A DNA stretch of 63,979 bases, counting the filler, from Stramenopiles sp. TOSAG23-2 (Eukaryota): the NCBI GenBank assembly GCA_900128395.1. It is 7 parts of 7 records of this genome, joined end to end, with 100 filler letters (N's around TTAATTAATTAA, not from the genome) between each part and the next. Parts side by side here need not be neighbours in the genome. Positions count along the whole stretch, not along the records: positions 27,699 to 36,810 come from LT650125.1; positions 36,911 to 45,997 come from LT650126.1; 5 more parts are not named here. The stretch is one strand, 5' to 3'. The position numbers were made by a program, and so were the translations under genes. This document shows positions 33,705 through 45,728 of this stretch, piece after piece. The notes beneath the pieces were generated by a model. The model was not told the origin of the DNA and searched no databases. It saw only the letters and a list, made by a program, of their open reading frames with translations. Positions within the stretch are counted from its first letter, which is position 1. Each line of letters opens with the position of its first letter.

Positions 33705-33967
33705 AAATTTTACGCATAATTTATTTTTAATTTACTCATGATAATTCCTACTCTTCAAAAGAATAAAATAACTGAAATAATCTATCTCACACAAGTGTGT
33801 TGATATTCTCATAATCGAAAATACCAATGAAGGTATAAATTTTACGCATAATTTATTTTTAATTTACTCATGATAATTCCTACTCTTCAAAAGAATAAAA
33901 TAACTGAAATAATCTATCTCACACTAATGTGTTGATATTCTTACAATCGAGAACACCAATGAAGGTA
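33705..33967. repeat. Diverged tandem duplication, 132-bp unit x2
   Basis: TACGCATAATTTATTTTT occurs at 33711 and 33843. The 3' thirds differ by several substitutions. Confidence 0.88.
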
Positions 33968-34187
33968 AATAGATGGTATCAACTACTCATAATAGCTATT
34001 TTTTTTTTTTTTTACCTTTCTTTTTTTTACGAGGCATATCTGCATGTAAGGTACCTCTTGTTTTTTCTAGCCTTTCTCCTTTGTCCTTATCTTTATTAAA
34101 AAGTGTTTGCTTAGATTGGCCTAACATCATCCTTGTTGTCTCTTGAATACCATTTGTATCAAAAATTTGCTGTTTCACCTTCATTTT

Positions 34188-35612
34188 TTAAATTTTTTTT
34201 GTGGCTTTGAAGAAGTTGTGGCTTTGAAGAAGTTTATCTAGGTATGCTTCTTCTGCTTCTATCCAAGAAGCACCCATAGAATTATTATTTTCCGTTGATT
34301 CTGTCTTTGCAATTTTTCGTATTGATTTACTTTGCTTCTCATATTCATTTTTACGTATTTCTGAATCTTGTCTATGATTTTCATCAACACCGTACTCTGT
34401 ATCCGTCCATATACTATGATATAGCCCATCTTTTATTGGTTTATCTACTACCCCAACAAATAATTTTGCACGTGTAATAGCACGATATATAGATGCTTTA
34501 ATTTTGTCAAGTACAAGCTCGTCAATGTTAATAATATCTATTTCTTTATCAAAACCCACAACAATTGCTGCATCGTATTCTAAACCATCTTGATTCGAAA
34601 TTGTATCAACAACTAGTTGTACTGATGTATGTTTTAATTGTGGAAACATACCAAACATTGTTTCTGCATTTACAATCTTAAAACTGTGACGATAGTCTCT
34701 TTCATTTAAAATGCTGCCTATCTTTTCAGAAAATTGATCAATTTGCAAATTTTTACTATCATCAGGCAAAATAATCACAACACGACCATCACTTAAACCA
34801 TTCCATCCACCATCATAATTGTCGCCAGAGTTTTTAAAATGAATTAATGCATCAACCGTTTTCAAAGCATACTGTGTAATATCATCTATAGACGGTTTAA
34901 AAAAGATTCTGTTATATATAAAATCGAGAAACGAAATACTACTACTACTACTACTATCATCTATACCATTATCTTCATCAGAATTGATAATCAAAAATGG
35001 TTTAATGGGACTTCCAAATTTCTTCTTTTTGCATGCTGGTTTATCATCATTTTTTCTGAATAAATGAGATCCCAAGGCAATTACTTGTGTTGAACGCACT
35101 ACATCACGAAGTTCAATTAGAAAAACTTCTTCATCACTTTTCAATGCATCGTTTATTGCATTATTAATCTTTTGTATTGCAGATGGTCCTTGATTATCAT
35201 CAGAAAGTATTACACGTTGTTTTGCATCTTCAAAATGCCTTAATATTCGTCTCCATGTCTTATCATTTGCGTCTTCAAAATACTGTAATATTCGTCTCCA
35301 TGTCTTATCATTTTCACGAACAATATGATGCGCTTCATCAATTACGACTAAATCATAGTTATGGATGGTTTCATCAATAGGTACAAATTTTAAATATACA
35401 TTCCTCTGATCGTCGATTTGAAGTGTTGCTTTTTGTGGATGATCTCCTGTCTTTCTTGTACAAAAATGTATACGATTTAAAATCGATTCTGGATCATGTT
35501 GTATTTGAGGTGTGTCATTATTATTATCATTCTCTTCTCCTTTGGTCTCACCACTTAATAAACCTTGTATTTTTTTTACTCTTACATTTAATTTTTCAAT
35601 AATGATATCCAA
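34188..35612 (-). CDS. SF1 (UvrD/Schlafen-DUF2075-like) helicase C-terminal part lacking Walker A, possibly a pseudogene or chimera
   Basis: [11 protein letters not shown] (motif II), ILSDDNQ (III), LRDVVRST (IV), [18 protein letters not shown] (V), IYRAITRAK (VI). No GxxGxGKT upstream. Internal 45-bp duplication [15 protein letters not shown] x2. Confidence 0.7.
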   Translation of the reverse strand: MDIIIEKLNVRVKKIQGLLSGETKGEENDNNNDTPQIQHDPESILNRIHFCTRKTGDHPQKATLQIDDQRNVYLKFVPIDETIHNYDLVVIDEAHHIVRENDKTWRRILQYFEDANDKTWRRILRHFEDAKQRVILSDDNQGPSAIQKINNAINDALKSDEEVFLIELRDVVRSTQVIALGSHLFRKNDDKPACKKKKFGSPIKPFLIINSDEDNGIDDSSSSSSISFLDFIYNRIFFKPSIDDITQYALKTVDALIHFKNSGDNYDGGWNGLSDGRVVIILPDDSKNLQIDQFSEKIGSILNERDYRHSFKIVNAETMFGMFPQLKHTSVQLVVDTISNQDGLEYDAAIVVGFDKEIDIINIDELVLDKIKASIYRAITRAKLFVGVVDKPIKDGLYHSIWTDTEYGVDENHRQDSEIRKNEYEKQSKSIRKIAKTESTENNNSMGASWIEAEEAYLDKLLQSHNFFKATKKI

Positions 35613-36064
35613 TGAAGAAACTGTAGATTTATCACTTTTATATGTTTGTTTTAAATTAGACAGACCTTTTATACAATTATTTATTTCAGATGTATATGTT
35701 AATAATATTGTCGAATTTTCTTCCTTAAAGTTTTACTAACACTTACAATATCTGTGTAATATTCATTTTCTAAATTAGTTTCATTTTTATAAATACTATC
35801 AATAGATTTAAATACATTAGATACAAAATTCTCTAAATTCTTTATAGTAGAATTTCTAGATTCATTATTCCACCATCTGGCGCCACTGGTTACATATGAA
35901 GCTTCATCTATAAAAAATTTACCTTCTAAAAAACTTATTTTTTGTCCTATTTGTAATGCGGATAATATTTTTAAATTAGCTAAACAATTATCATTTAATT
36001 TTTCGAAACTACTATTATTTTCATTATTTTTGTTTTCATTAACTTTCCTCGATTCATGGTGCAA
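35550..36064 (-). pseudogene. Giant-virus (NCLDV)-like hypothetical protein gene, interrupted by a -1 frameshift near 35732
   Basis: NLKILSALQIGQKI...FFID...ARWWNNESRNSTIKNL, continuing in the -1 frame as EENSTILL...[31 protein letters not shown]. This matches a pattern I recall from Mimiviridae/phycodnavirus hypotheticals; not verified by search. Confidence 0.6.
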
Positions 36065-36359
36065 ATCATAATAATATTGTGAGTGTAGGAAAAAATGAAA
36101 TTATGAATCAGATGTGCAACATCATGCACACATGTGCACATGTTGGAGGAGTATTGAATTCTGGAATTCATTGAAGGAGGTGGGTTTAAAAATTAAAAAA
36201 GTCTAGGACCTAGATTATTAGCAGTGCGAGTCGTTTAATATGTAAAAAGACGTTTAATAATATGTAAAAACAGTGATATTCAATGCTATTTTTATATTTA
36301 TAATTGTTGTATTCTAATTACCCCTTTTAAGTATAATTATGAATATTTTGATAGGTATT

Positions 36360-36810
36360 TCAGTGATTTGCATTTTCCCATTTTCTTGCATATGTGCTAA
36401 GATATCTCCACCCTTCCACTTGTTGATACCCGTTTGATCCATCTCTTTTATATTGTTGTATAGCTTTTAATTGTGATTTCATATTATCACTAAGTGGATT
36501 ATTATCTAGGTACAATGTCTTTAATGTATTATTTGTTTTCAATGCATCAATAATACTTTGTATTCCACTATCATCAGTAATATTATTATTATTTAGTTCC
36601 AAGTGCTTTAATGTACTGTTTATTTTTAATGCTTCACCAATACTTTGTACATCAGTAATATTATTATTATCTAGGTGCAAGTACGTTAATGTATTGTTTA
36701 TTTTTAATCCTTCAACAATACTTTGTACATCAGTAATATTATTATTATTTAGGCTCAATGACGTTAATGTATTGTTTGTTTTTAATCCTTCACCAATACT
36801 TTGTACATCA
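36360..36810 (-). CDS. Leucine-rich-repeat protein (RI/NLRC3-like 26-aa repeats), 5' truncated at contig end
   Basis: Repeats of SIxExLKxNxTLxxLxLxNNNITDVQ with a 78-bp period run into the linker. Confidence 0.85.
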
Positions 36811-36910
36811 NNNNNNNNNNNNNNNNNNNNNNNNNNNNNNNNNNNNNNNNNNNNTTAATTAATTAANNNNNNNNNNNNNNNNNNNNNNNNNNNNNNNNNN
36901 NNNNNNNNNN
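36811..36910. other. Artificial contig linker
   Basis: N-TTAATTAATTAA-N spacer. Confidence 0.98.
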
Positions 36911-36921
36911 ATGTAGGCGTT

Positions 36922-37545
36922 ATGCGAGGTGCAACAGTTATTTTAGATGAATTACCACCTTTGATTGAATGGTTAGGTACAAATTTTCATCGTAATACTT
37001 TTTGTATTAAAACAGAGGATACATTAGATTCGATAAATGCTACCTCGATATTAGAAAGTGGCGAAACTGTTGAAGCAGCTGCACAAAATGCACCATTACC
37101 CTCTGATGCACCATATATAGATCGTCTACGGTGGGCGTCGTCTGTAATCTTAGCAGAAGAGTCGATGCGGGGACAATTTGTACCACAAATATCAGGATTG
37201 CATGAACAATCATCTATATTAAGTAATGGTGATTTCAGAGAAAAAGAAGCTAGTGGTTACGATAATATTGCTGCTAATAATAATAAGACAAAGAAAAAGA
37301 TAAAAATTATTGATGATATAGATGCGACATTAAATAGTGCAAAAAATAAAATGTTATTACAAGAAGTGGAAGCTAAAAAACGCGATGATGATACGACATA
37401 TAAAAATGAAATCACGAATATGAAAGAAGAAATAGAACGCAGAAGAAGACGCCGTGGAGAGAAAGTAGATTCATTATTTTATAAAGATAAAAGTGGTGGT
37501 GAGAATCCAAGTGGAGCACATCGATTAATGAAAATTTGTACCTAA
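36922..37545 (+). CDS. Inverted downstream segment of the hypothetical gene at 37525-38544
   Basis: It begins with LDELPPLIEWLGTNFH, the exact last residues of the minus-strand ORF. Confidence 0.6.
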   Translation: MRGATVILDELPPLIEWLGTNFHRNTFCIKTEDTLDSINATSILESGETVEAAAQNAPLPSDAPYIDRLRWASSVILAEESMRGQFVPQISGLHEQSSILSNGDFREKEASGYDNIAANNNKTKKKIKIIDDIDATLNSAKNKMLLQEVEAKKRDDDTTYKNEITNMKEEIERRRRRRGEKVDSLFYKDKSGGENPSGAHRLMKICT

Positions 37546-37577
37546 CCATTCAATCAAAGGTGGTAATTCATCTAAAA
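36941..37577. repeat. 50-bp perfect inverted repeat (36941-36990 and 37528-37577) bracketing a 537-bp segment
   Basis: TTTTAGATGAATTACCACC...AAATTTTCAT and its exact reverse complement. Confidence 0.95.
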
Positions 37578-38544
37578 ATGATATATCAAATGCCATTTTC
37601 AATAAATAATTATCACCATCGTATACAAATGGATACGGTTTATGATTTATACCAGGGGCTGGTAAACGTCGACGATGCAATAGACTAACAATACGTTTAT
37701 ATCTCCAATGCCATATACCTTCCACAATAATTAAAGATGCTGTACGCATACCTTCAATTATATCAATCATTTTTGCTAAAATTTGTGTTGACTTTGCATT
37801 AACTGCTGGATGTATTTTTATAAATGCTTTCGACAAATGCTTCAAATCAGCTAGACATTGTTCACGGTATAATACATGTTTTAAAAGTTCAACATCATCT
37901 TCACCATGATCATCATCTTGCATCGGTCCATCTTGATACGTAATATTATTAAATGAATCGAGTATTTCAGATTTATTATGATTACTATTACTACGAGTTG
38001 TTTTATTGCTTCGTGTGGATACGTATGATTTTGTATTTAATGAAGAAGTACTTGTTTTATTACTACGCGTGGATATGTATGACTTTGTATTTAATGAGGA
38101 GCTTGATAAAGTGGCACCAGCTGTTTTCGGCCTTGTATTTATTCTAGAACTGGATAATGTCCCACTAGCAGTTTTGGGTCTTTGTCTTCTATTATTTTTT
38201 TTATTATTATTTTTTGAACTGCTACTCATTCTAGTGCCTTGACTAGTATGACTAATTCTACTAGCACTAGCAAGACTGTCATTTGGCATATACGCCAATG
38301 ACTGTTCCAATAAATTGTCTATAATTTTCGCTTCTTCAGCTTCTTCTTTTTCATTTAATTTACTTCGTTTTGATTTTCGTTTAAAACGTATTGGACACAT
38401 TGGATCTTTTTTACTATTATATTTTGGTATTTTATTATCAACTAAACGTACACCTAATTGAAATTTTTTTTCCCGTTTATCATGTTTTGCTTTCATTTTC
38501 GCTGCTCTCCTTGCCCTCCGCCGAGCTTGTGGTGACATCATCAT
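37525..38544 (-). CDS. Hypothetical protein, N-terminal part (truncated by the inversion)
   Basis: 339-aa ORF with a low-complexity basic N-terminus followed by a structured region (LKHVLYREQCL...IVEGIWHWR...PFVYDGDNYLLKM). Confidence 0.7.
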   Translation of the reverse strand: MMMSPQARRRARRAAKMKAKHDKREKKFQLGVRLVDNKIPKYNSKKDPMCPIRFKRKSKRSKLNEKEEAEEAKIIDNLLEQSLAYMPNDSLASASRISHTSQGTRMSSSSKNNNKKNNRRQRPKTASGTLSSSRINTRPKTAGATLSSSSLNTKSYISTRSNKTSTSSLNTKSYVSTRSNKTTRSNSNHNKSEILDSFNNITYQDGPMQDDDHGEDDVELLKHVLYREQCLADLKHLSKAFIKIHPAVNAKSTQILAKMIDIIEGMRTASLIIVEGIWHWRYKRIVSLLHRRRLPAPGINHKPYPFVYDGDNYLLKMAFDISFLDELPPLIEWLGTNFH

Positions 38545-39368
38545 TTTTGTCTTTATTTAATTTATTTTTAATTCTTTTTTTGTGCTCATCTATGCTTTAC
38601 TTGTAATATTTACTGAGATTCTTCTTTTGTATAGCAACTGTATATACCAACATTATGTTTTTATTTTTTTTATTGATAATTGAAATAATACTAAGCTGCC
38701 AGCTGCCAACGGTTGTCCGCCGGGTTAGAGCCATCTGGAAAGCGTATTAATAGAATTAAGGGATTAGTACAATTTTTTAAATAGCAGATTAGCAAAATAG
38801 CTGTGATATGTACCACTAGACGACGAGCTATAGATGATAGCTCTAGCTGGCTGCCCAGAGATTTTCCCACTATCACTCACTAGCCGCCATAAGTACTATA
38901 CGCGTATTACACGTTTTTAACATAGCCACATCAGAACATATAATGCTCAAGGAAACAACCATTGTATAGTCGTTTACGAGCAAATCCGCTAGTCTATTAA
39001 TTAATATAGCTCGCTCCTTAAGCTTATAATCGTCGCTTCCACCACACCGTTACTCTTTAAAATAATTGTGCAAATCGATAAATTACACAAACAAAAAAAA
39101 AGAAATAGTGCAATAGATAAAACAAAGTGTATATAGATAGATATGGAATAATACAATATAATCATTCCTTTTACCCTACTTATCCATCACATGCATATAC
39201 TCTTTCCAGAGAATTTCTCTCTAGTCTTTGTCAAATATTAATGAGAGGTAAGCATTTTAATAAATAAAAATATTAGTAATACTACATTCATTAGAAAAAA
39301 TAATTCAATAATATTTCTAATATATCAGTACTTATTAGTGTTTGTGTGTGTGTATATATATATATGTA

Positions 39369-41559
39369 ATGGCTTCGTTTCATACGATCCGTAATCTACG
39401 CAATAACTATGGGGGAAAATACAACAATGATGATCAGAATAATTGTAAATCAGATTTTCAAAATCGTGATTTTTATGAAAACATTTGTAAACTGAAAAGA
39501 TATAAAACAGTGAAAGCATTGAAAAAATTAACCGCTCGAAAAAGTAGCTCTTCTAAGAAAATAAAAAAAGAAATAGATGCTGGGAAAAATGTATTGAAAA
39601 TAAAATATCCTGTACATATGGAAAGAACAAAATCAAATACTTTACGTTGGCAAATGAGAAGAAATGGATGGATTGCTGCAAAGAAACATAATTATTTAAA
39701 AAAATCAGTATCTGCAAATGCATTACCATCAGCTATAAAACGCAACGTATCTAATCAAGCTAGAAATATATGGTCACAACAACAAAATCATACCAAGAAG
39801 AGGAATAACAACTTCAATAATAGTAATAAAAAATATAATGATAAAAAGCATCTTACTCGTACAATGAGAAACAAAAATATATGTATTACTACATCAAAAA
39901 GAGATAAAAAAACGAAAGATGTATTGACAAAAGAAAGGATTCAAATATTAAGAAAGCCAAAGAAGTTTTATGAAAAACGTATGAAGAATAGCAATAGCTG
40001 CAATAATAATATTAATAATAAAAATCCTCCTACTTCAGTCGCTCCTCGTAAAAAAACGAAAAAATTATTTACACCAAAAAAAATCAGAACGAAGATTCCA
40101 TCTAATTTCATAGGGGACAGACAAGCAGTAGAAAATTCATTTGAATCTGAAATTGTAAAAAAAACTTCATCAAGAAAAGAACGATTAGAAATATTGACAA
40201 AAGCAAACAAGCCTCATGATAAATGTACCAAGAAACAGAACAACAACAATAATAAATATACCAATAATTATAAAATTGAAAGCCCCCCTCATATAACAAA
40301 AACAGTATTTTTTGCTACACCAGAAACGAATATAGAAAAGAAAATATTACGCAATACAATAGAAGAACGATTTGAAAGGTTAAGAAAACCAAACGAGTCA
40401 TATGAAAAATATGTGAAGAAAATAATTAAAGTCAATAATAATGATTTTATTATTAATAATACAAAGAGTCCTCCTCGAAAAATAAAAAAACTGGTGGTAT
40501 TTACTACTACACCAAATGCGTATATTACAAAAAAGAAAACATTATCAATGAAAGAACAACTTGAAATATTACGAAAACCAAACAAGTCATATGAGGAGGT
40601 TATGAAAGGCCTTAATGCAACGTTAAATTCATTGGAAAATACGAGAGTGATAGTGCAGAAAGCGATGGATGAAAACGATGCAGAGAATTCTAAAATTCGA
40701 ACAGATATTTTAAAGAAACAATTTAAAGACTTTAAAGAATCATATGCTCGAATTCAAAATAGAGTAGTAGAAGGTATTGCAAACTCTATTGGCGAATTAG
40801 ACCAACAATATGCAAATAGAGCTAAATATGAAAAACAAAAGAATTATCAGTCGCATTCAACAAATAGCAAAACATTAAAAATGCGAGGCGATGACGATTA
40901 TGATATCGATGAGAAAATAATATTACCACCAAAATTAAAACCCGGACAAAAATTGTGCATTATTAACATTTTACCAGTTCATGAAGGCCCTATGCGAGAA
41001 GAACGCCAGCAATTATTAAAACTAATATCAAAAGACCCTGCAATACTTCGATCATTCACAAGGATCGGGTTGAAAAAAATGATACTTTTCGAACTTGGAA
41101 AAAAAAACAAAATCAAAACAAAAATGTAAATGCTTTATTGACCAAGGACGACCGCCTTGTCCATGTACATTCAGTGACCGAGGTCCTTTTGGAAAAAATT
41201 TTAATTGTGGCAACCCTGCATTTGTTGGTATACGTTTGGTAAATGTTGCCGGTGATTTAAGACCCGTATTTTCTGCTTTGACAACTCTTATACATGAATG
41301 TGCTCATAGTGAACCAATGTTAAGAAAAGTCCCTGGCAAACCGTTAGGTAAGCATGGGCATGGTTCTAAATGGAAGGCATTATATCAAGAATTGTTGGAG
41401 ACATTCTTGGAAGAAGTAGTGGAATTAAACGAAAACGGTGGCGATGAAAAGAAAATTGCAATAGAAAATGTAATTGGGTTAGATGTTGCTGCTAGCGTGC
41501 AAGAATGTGCTATGTATGACATGATGAGTTATCGTGATGCGTGTAATCATGGATGTTAA
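39369..41559 (+). CDS. Lys/Asn-rich protein with C-terminal WLM (Wss1-like)/SprT zinc metalloprotease domain, split by a +1 frameshift in the A9 run 41099-41107
   Basis: The first frame ends INILP...LLKLISKDPAI...ILFELG. The second frame has FGKNFNCG...GIRL...LRPVFSALTTLIHECAH...HGHGSKWKALYQEL (HExxH). Confidence 0.7.
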
Positions 41560-41962
41560 AAATATTTAAAATACACGACAACACTCTTGTGGAAAAGGAC
41601 GAAAAATATTGTACGAAGTGTACACAAAGGTGTTTTGTACGATCGTTTTGCTTTTTACGAATAAAAGAGAAAATAGATATTAAAATATACGCGTATATTT
41701 TATTTTATTTATATACGACGCATCATATATATGCGCGAGTATATTAATAATATTAATAATTTACTCGGCTCACATGATAAAATTCCTCTACTCTATAAGA
41801 ATAGATACGTACAATAACTGAGGCAGTATCATATGATAATATGATATCTATCTCACATATCATATGATAGATATTAAAATAAATATTTATCCTATTTTAC
41901 AGATGTTCATATGGGTGTATAATATCAAGATATATATATATTTTACACAATCTAAACATAAA

Positions 41963-42967
41963 TTATAAATGGTGGCTACTATTTGGTGGTGTAGATGGTT
42001 TTGGTGGCATCATAACCCGTGGTTGTGGAGATGATACAACTGTATTTCTACTACTGGTTGATGATGATGTACGTAAATTCATTAATGTACGATTTTTCTT
42101 TTGATCATGTATTTTAAAATATATATTTTTTTTCTTTCTATTTAATTTATTAACAATCTTCTTTTTCTTTCTATTCAATATGTATGATTTATTGTATCTA
42201 TTATTACCATACTTATGTTCATTTTCAATCGATGATTTATATACAGTATCGCTGTTGGTATTATTATTGCTATCATTTGTTGTTGTGGATGGTGTTTTAT
42301 TTTTTAAATACATTTCTAAATAACCACCACGTTTTGGTGATTTTTTTATAGTTTGATGATGATTTACATAACTTTTCCATTGTTTAAATATATATGGTGC
42401 ATATTTCATTATGAAAAATTTATTTGCCAACTCGTGTTTATAATCTACACAACGTTTCCAACTACGTATGTATTTTCGTTTATAAATTTTATTCCATCTA
42501 TTTGTATATCTATCTATTTGAAAATGTCTCTTTAAATCTATTAGTGTCGAACGTTTATGTTTCCGACCTATTGTTAACATTTTCTCTTTCCGTTTTCGTT
42601 CTTCTTCATCTTTTATTTTTTGTATATTTTCCATGTTTTGTTGATCTTTCATACTATCCATGGTGCCATCTAATGGATTATTTACATCTAAATTTAAATC
42701 ATTTTCTTCTATTACATAATTAAAATATTGATCTGTTTTGTTTTCTACATGATCAAGTATATATTTCGCCGATTGTTGCAATGAGTATTTTAAGTTTAAT
42801 TCAATATTATTTTCAATCATTTCCTCTTCTTGAAATGATACATTTATTCTAATATTTGTTCGCACCACTTGTCGCCATTTTTTCAACACTTTCCCTTTCA
42901 ACGTATCATGATAAAAAAAGGTTGCTACATGTTCCAATCGATTCATTTCATTGATCTGATTAAACAT
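41963..42967 (-). CDS. Hypothetical protein with Sfi1-like (xxWK/WR) repeats
   Basis: 334-aa ORF with LKGKVLKKWR, KYIRSWKRCV and YIFKQWKSYV. Confidence 0.5.
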   Translation of the reverse strand: MFNQINEMNRLEHVATFFYHDTLKGKVLKKWRQVVRTNIRINVSFQEEEMIENNIELNLKYSLQQSAKYILDHVENKTDQYFNYVIEENDLNLDVNNPLDGTMDSMKDQQNMENIQKIKDEEERKRKEKMLTIGRKHKRSTLIDLKRHFQIDRYTNRWNKIYKRKYIRSWKRCVDYKHELANKFFIMKYAPYIFKQWKSYVNHHQTIKKSPKRGGYLEMYLKNKTPSTTTNDSNNNTNSDTVYKSSIENEHKYGNNRYNKSYILNRKKKKIVNKLNRKKKNIYFKIHDQKKNRTLMNLRTSSSTSSRNTVVSSPQPRVMMPPKPSTPPNSSHHL

Positions 42968-43553
42968 TTTTCTCTTTAAGTTTTTCTTTTCCTTTTCTTC
43001 CTCTTACTTGTGGTTACAATGTTTTGTTTTTATTCCGAGTACATTATTTCTTCTAGTAGTAAAAAAAAAAGCTTCCAGTTAGCACCTTAACCTTATGATA
43101 TTATTATTATTGCCAGATTTAAAATATTAGCATAGGAATAGCCTTAACATAGAGTTGTAGAGTACGCGGACAATTACACAGTGTAGTATAGCCTACGTCG
43201 TGTGTTCCTACTATAAAATATCGCCACTCTGATTTTGCTCGCCATTCATTCAATAATATCTATTCCTTATACTCTGGAATAGGAAATAGAGTACCATCAG
43301 GATTAATAAATGAATTGGCAGGCAGGGTGATACAATACTATAAACATGCTATTTACAATGAATATGTTTGGACCAGAATATATATATGTGTTATATAACA
43401 TCATCAGAGAGAGAGAGAGAGATACTAGTAGTAGTCATTATATAGTAGTATTTTAGAACAGGGGGGAAATAACGACGGATAATATATATATATATATTTA
43501 TATATACACACATACACACATACATTTATAAATAGTAATTAATAATAGCAATC

Positions 43554-45728
43554 ATGAGTACTAAAATGTCCATTGAGGAAATGGAAGAGGAAATGGCTAG
43601 CTTGGAAGAGAAATTAGGGGCAGAGGATAGTTATGCATCTGACGGCGATGATGCAGAGTTTGAAGTTACTGAAGATGAATTGCCGCAATTAGATGCATCA
43701 TTTGATACTGTAGTTGTCGTGATCGGCATACCAGTCATTCCATCCAGTAAAGTGGCAAAATTGAATAAATTGCTTTTGAAAATATTTAAACAGTTTGGTA
43801 AAACTCTTACTGATAAAAATATGTTTATGCCTTTTCAAAAAGATAAGGATAAAAGTTTAGGAAGTGTTTATATTGAATATGATACAGTAGCTGAAGCGAA
43901 AAAGTGCGTAGCAAATGCACAAAATTATAGGTTGGATAAAAAGCATACGTTTAAAATTTATATGTATAACGATATGCAAAAGTTATTAACTGTTCCAGAC
44001 AATTATACTGGATTGCCAGAAACTAAATATCAGGAACGAGATGATTTATATGAATGGTTAGTAGACGAGAATAGTCGTGATCAATTTGCTATTCGTCAAG
44101 GAAAAAATACAGAAATTTTTTGGATTTTCGGCCCTACAGCGCAGCCACCTGAAGTGGCATACGATGGCTCGCGGGAACGGGCGCAAAACAAGACGTGGTG
44201 CGAAAGGCAAGTTACATGGTCCCCAAATGGTACATATTTTGTGACGTTTCATCCACAAGGTATTGTTTTATGGGGTGGTGATACGTTTGAAAAAGTAAAT
44301 CGTTTTGTACATTTTGATGTCATGGAAATACAATTTTCACCAAATGAACAGTACATCATGACATGGAATGGAAATGAAAATAAAAATGATAAATCGATTT
44401 GTTTATGGGATCGTAGAAATGGAAAGTTATTAAAAGAATTTAAATACGACATAGCTGTGCAAGGGCCATGGCCATGTTTTTCATGGTCACATGATGACAA
44501 ATATTTTGCAAGAAAAGGGCGTGATTTAATCATGGTGTATGAATCTGAAACATGTTCCTTATTACGCGATGCGGAAGGCACGAAACGTTCCTTGAAAGCA
44601 CCTGGGGTGAAAGATTTCAAATGGTCTCCATGTGGTTACGATACTAAAAAGGGTGGAACAATGGCAACGGGTGGCGAGCCAGTATTGGCATATTGGTCAC
44701 CAGAAAATGAAGCAGATAGTACGCCAGCATCTGTTAAACTTCATTTATTACCATCTAGAAAAGTGTTGCGATATATTAGTCGTAGTATGGTAGATCATAT
44801 ACAATTGATTTGGCATCCACTTGGTGAATATTTATGTGTTCAAGTAAAACGACATAAGAAAAGCAAAAAGACATACTATACGAATTTTGAAATTTTCCGC
44901 ATGAAAGATGTGCACAAAGAAGTTGCCGTTGAACATTTCAAACAAGATGAAGATGTTGTCCAGTTTCAATGGGAACCGGTTGGGACAAGATTTGCATACA
45001 TATACGGCAATAGTGCGCAGCGGGGTAATATTGATATGTATACAATGGGTGAAGTTGGTAAAAAAGGCCAGTCACCAAAAATGGAAAAGATATATACAAT
45101 GGAAAACAGGCAAGCAAATCGCTTGTTTTGGTCTCCAATGGGAAATTTCTTGGTAATTGCTGGATTGGATAATATCAATGGGCAATTGGAATTTTGGGAT
45201 GCAGATAATGAATCAACGATGTGTACTCAAGAACATTTCATGTGCAATTTGATCGCATGGGATCCATCAGGCCGTGTATGTTGCACCGCCGTTTGCCAAC
45301 CAATGTTTGGCACAATGTCTATGCGTTATCAATTAGAAAATGGGTTTAAATTATGGACATTTCAAGGCGCTCCAATGTATGATACGCAAAGGCAGAATTT
45401 CTATAGTTTTGAATGGCGCCCACGCCCACGCATGTTACTATCATCTGAGCGACAATTGTACGTTAAACGTAATTTGAAAAAGAAGATTGAAGCATATGCA
45501 GAAGCGGATCGTCAAAGAGCTAAAGCAAAAGCGGACGAGAAATTCAAGAAGCAAAAAGCTCTTATCGATGCTTTCACTGCAGGTATGGAGCGTAGACATG
45601 CAAGATATCTTGAATTTGAAAATCAACGAAGAGCAGCAGGCATTGAAACTAAAGATGAAGATGATTATGAAACTGTGGTTACATATAATGAAGTCGTACT
45701 CAGTCGCGAAGAGACTGTTTACGAATAG
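43554..45728 (+). CDS. EIF3B: Translation initiation factor eIF3 subunit B
   Basis: N-terminal RRM (LDKKHTF), WSPNGTY, WEPVGTRF, FWSPMGNF, WDPSGR, ENGFKLWTFQG, and WRPRP. Confidence 0.95.
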   Translation: MSTKMSIEEMEEEMASLEEKLGAEDSYASDGDDAEFEVTEDELPQLDASFDTVVVVIGIPVIPSSKVAKLNKLLLKIFKQFGKTLTDKNMFMPFQKDKDKSLGSVYIEYDTVAEAKKCVANAQNYRLDKKHTFKIYMYNDMQKLLTVPDNYTGLPETKYQERDDLYEWLVDENSRDQFAIRQGKNTEIFWIFGPTAQPPEVAYDGSRERAQNKTWCERQVTWSPNGTYFVTFHPQGIVLWGGDTFEKVNRFVHFDVMEIQFSPNEQYIMTWNGNENKNDKSICLWDRRNGKLLKEFKYDIAVQGPWPCFSWSHDDKYFARKGRDLIMVYESETCSLLRDAEGTKRSLKAPGVKDFKWSPCGYDTKKGGTMATGGEPVLAYWSPENEADSTPASVKLHLLPSRKVLRYISRSMVDHIQLIWHPLGEYLCVQVKRHKKSKKTYYTNFEIFRMKDVHKEVAVEHFKQDEDVVQFQWEPVGTRFAYIYGNSAQRGNIDMYTMGEVGKKGQSPKMEKIYTMENRQANRLFWSPMGNFLVIAGLDNINGQLEFWDADNESTMCTQEHFMCNLIAWDPSGRVCCTAVCQPMFGTMSMRYQLENGFKLWTFQGAPMYDTQRQNFYSFEWRPRPRMLLSSERQLYVKRNLKKKIEAYAEADRQRAKAKADEKFKKQKALIDAFTAGMERRHARYLEFENQRRAAGIETKDEDDYETVVTYNEVVLSREETVYE

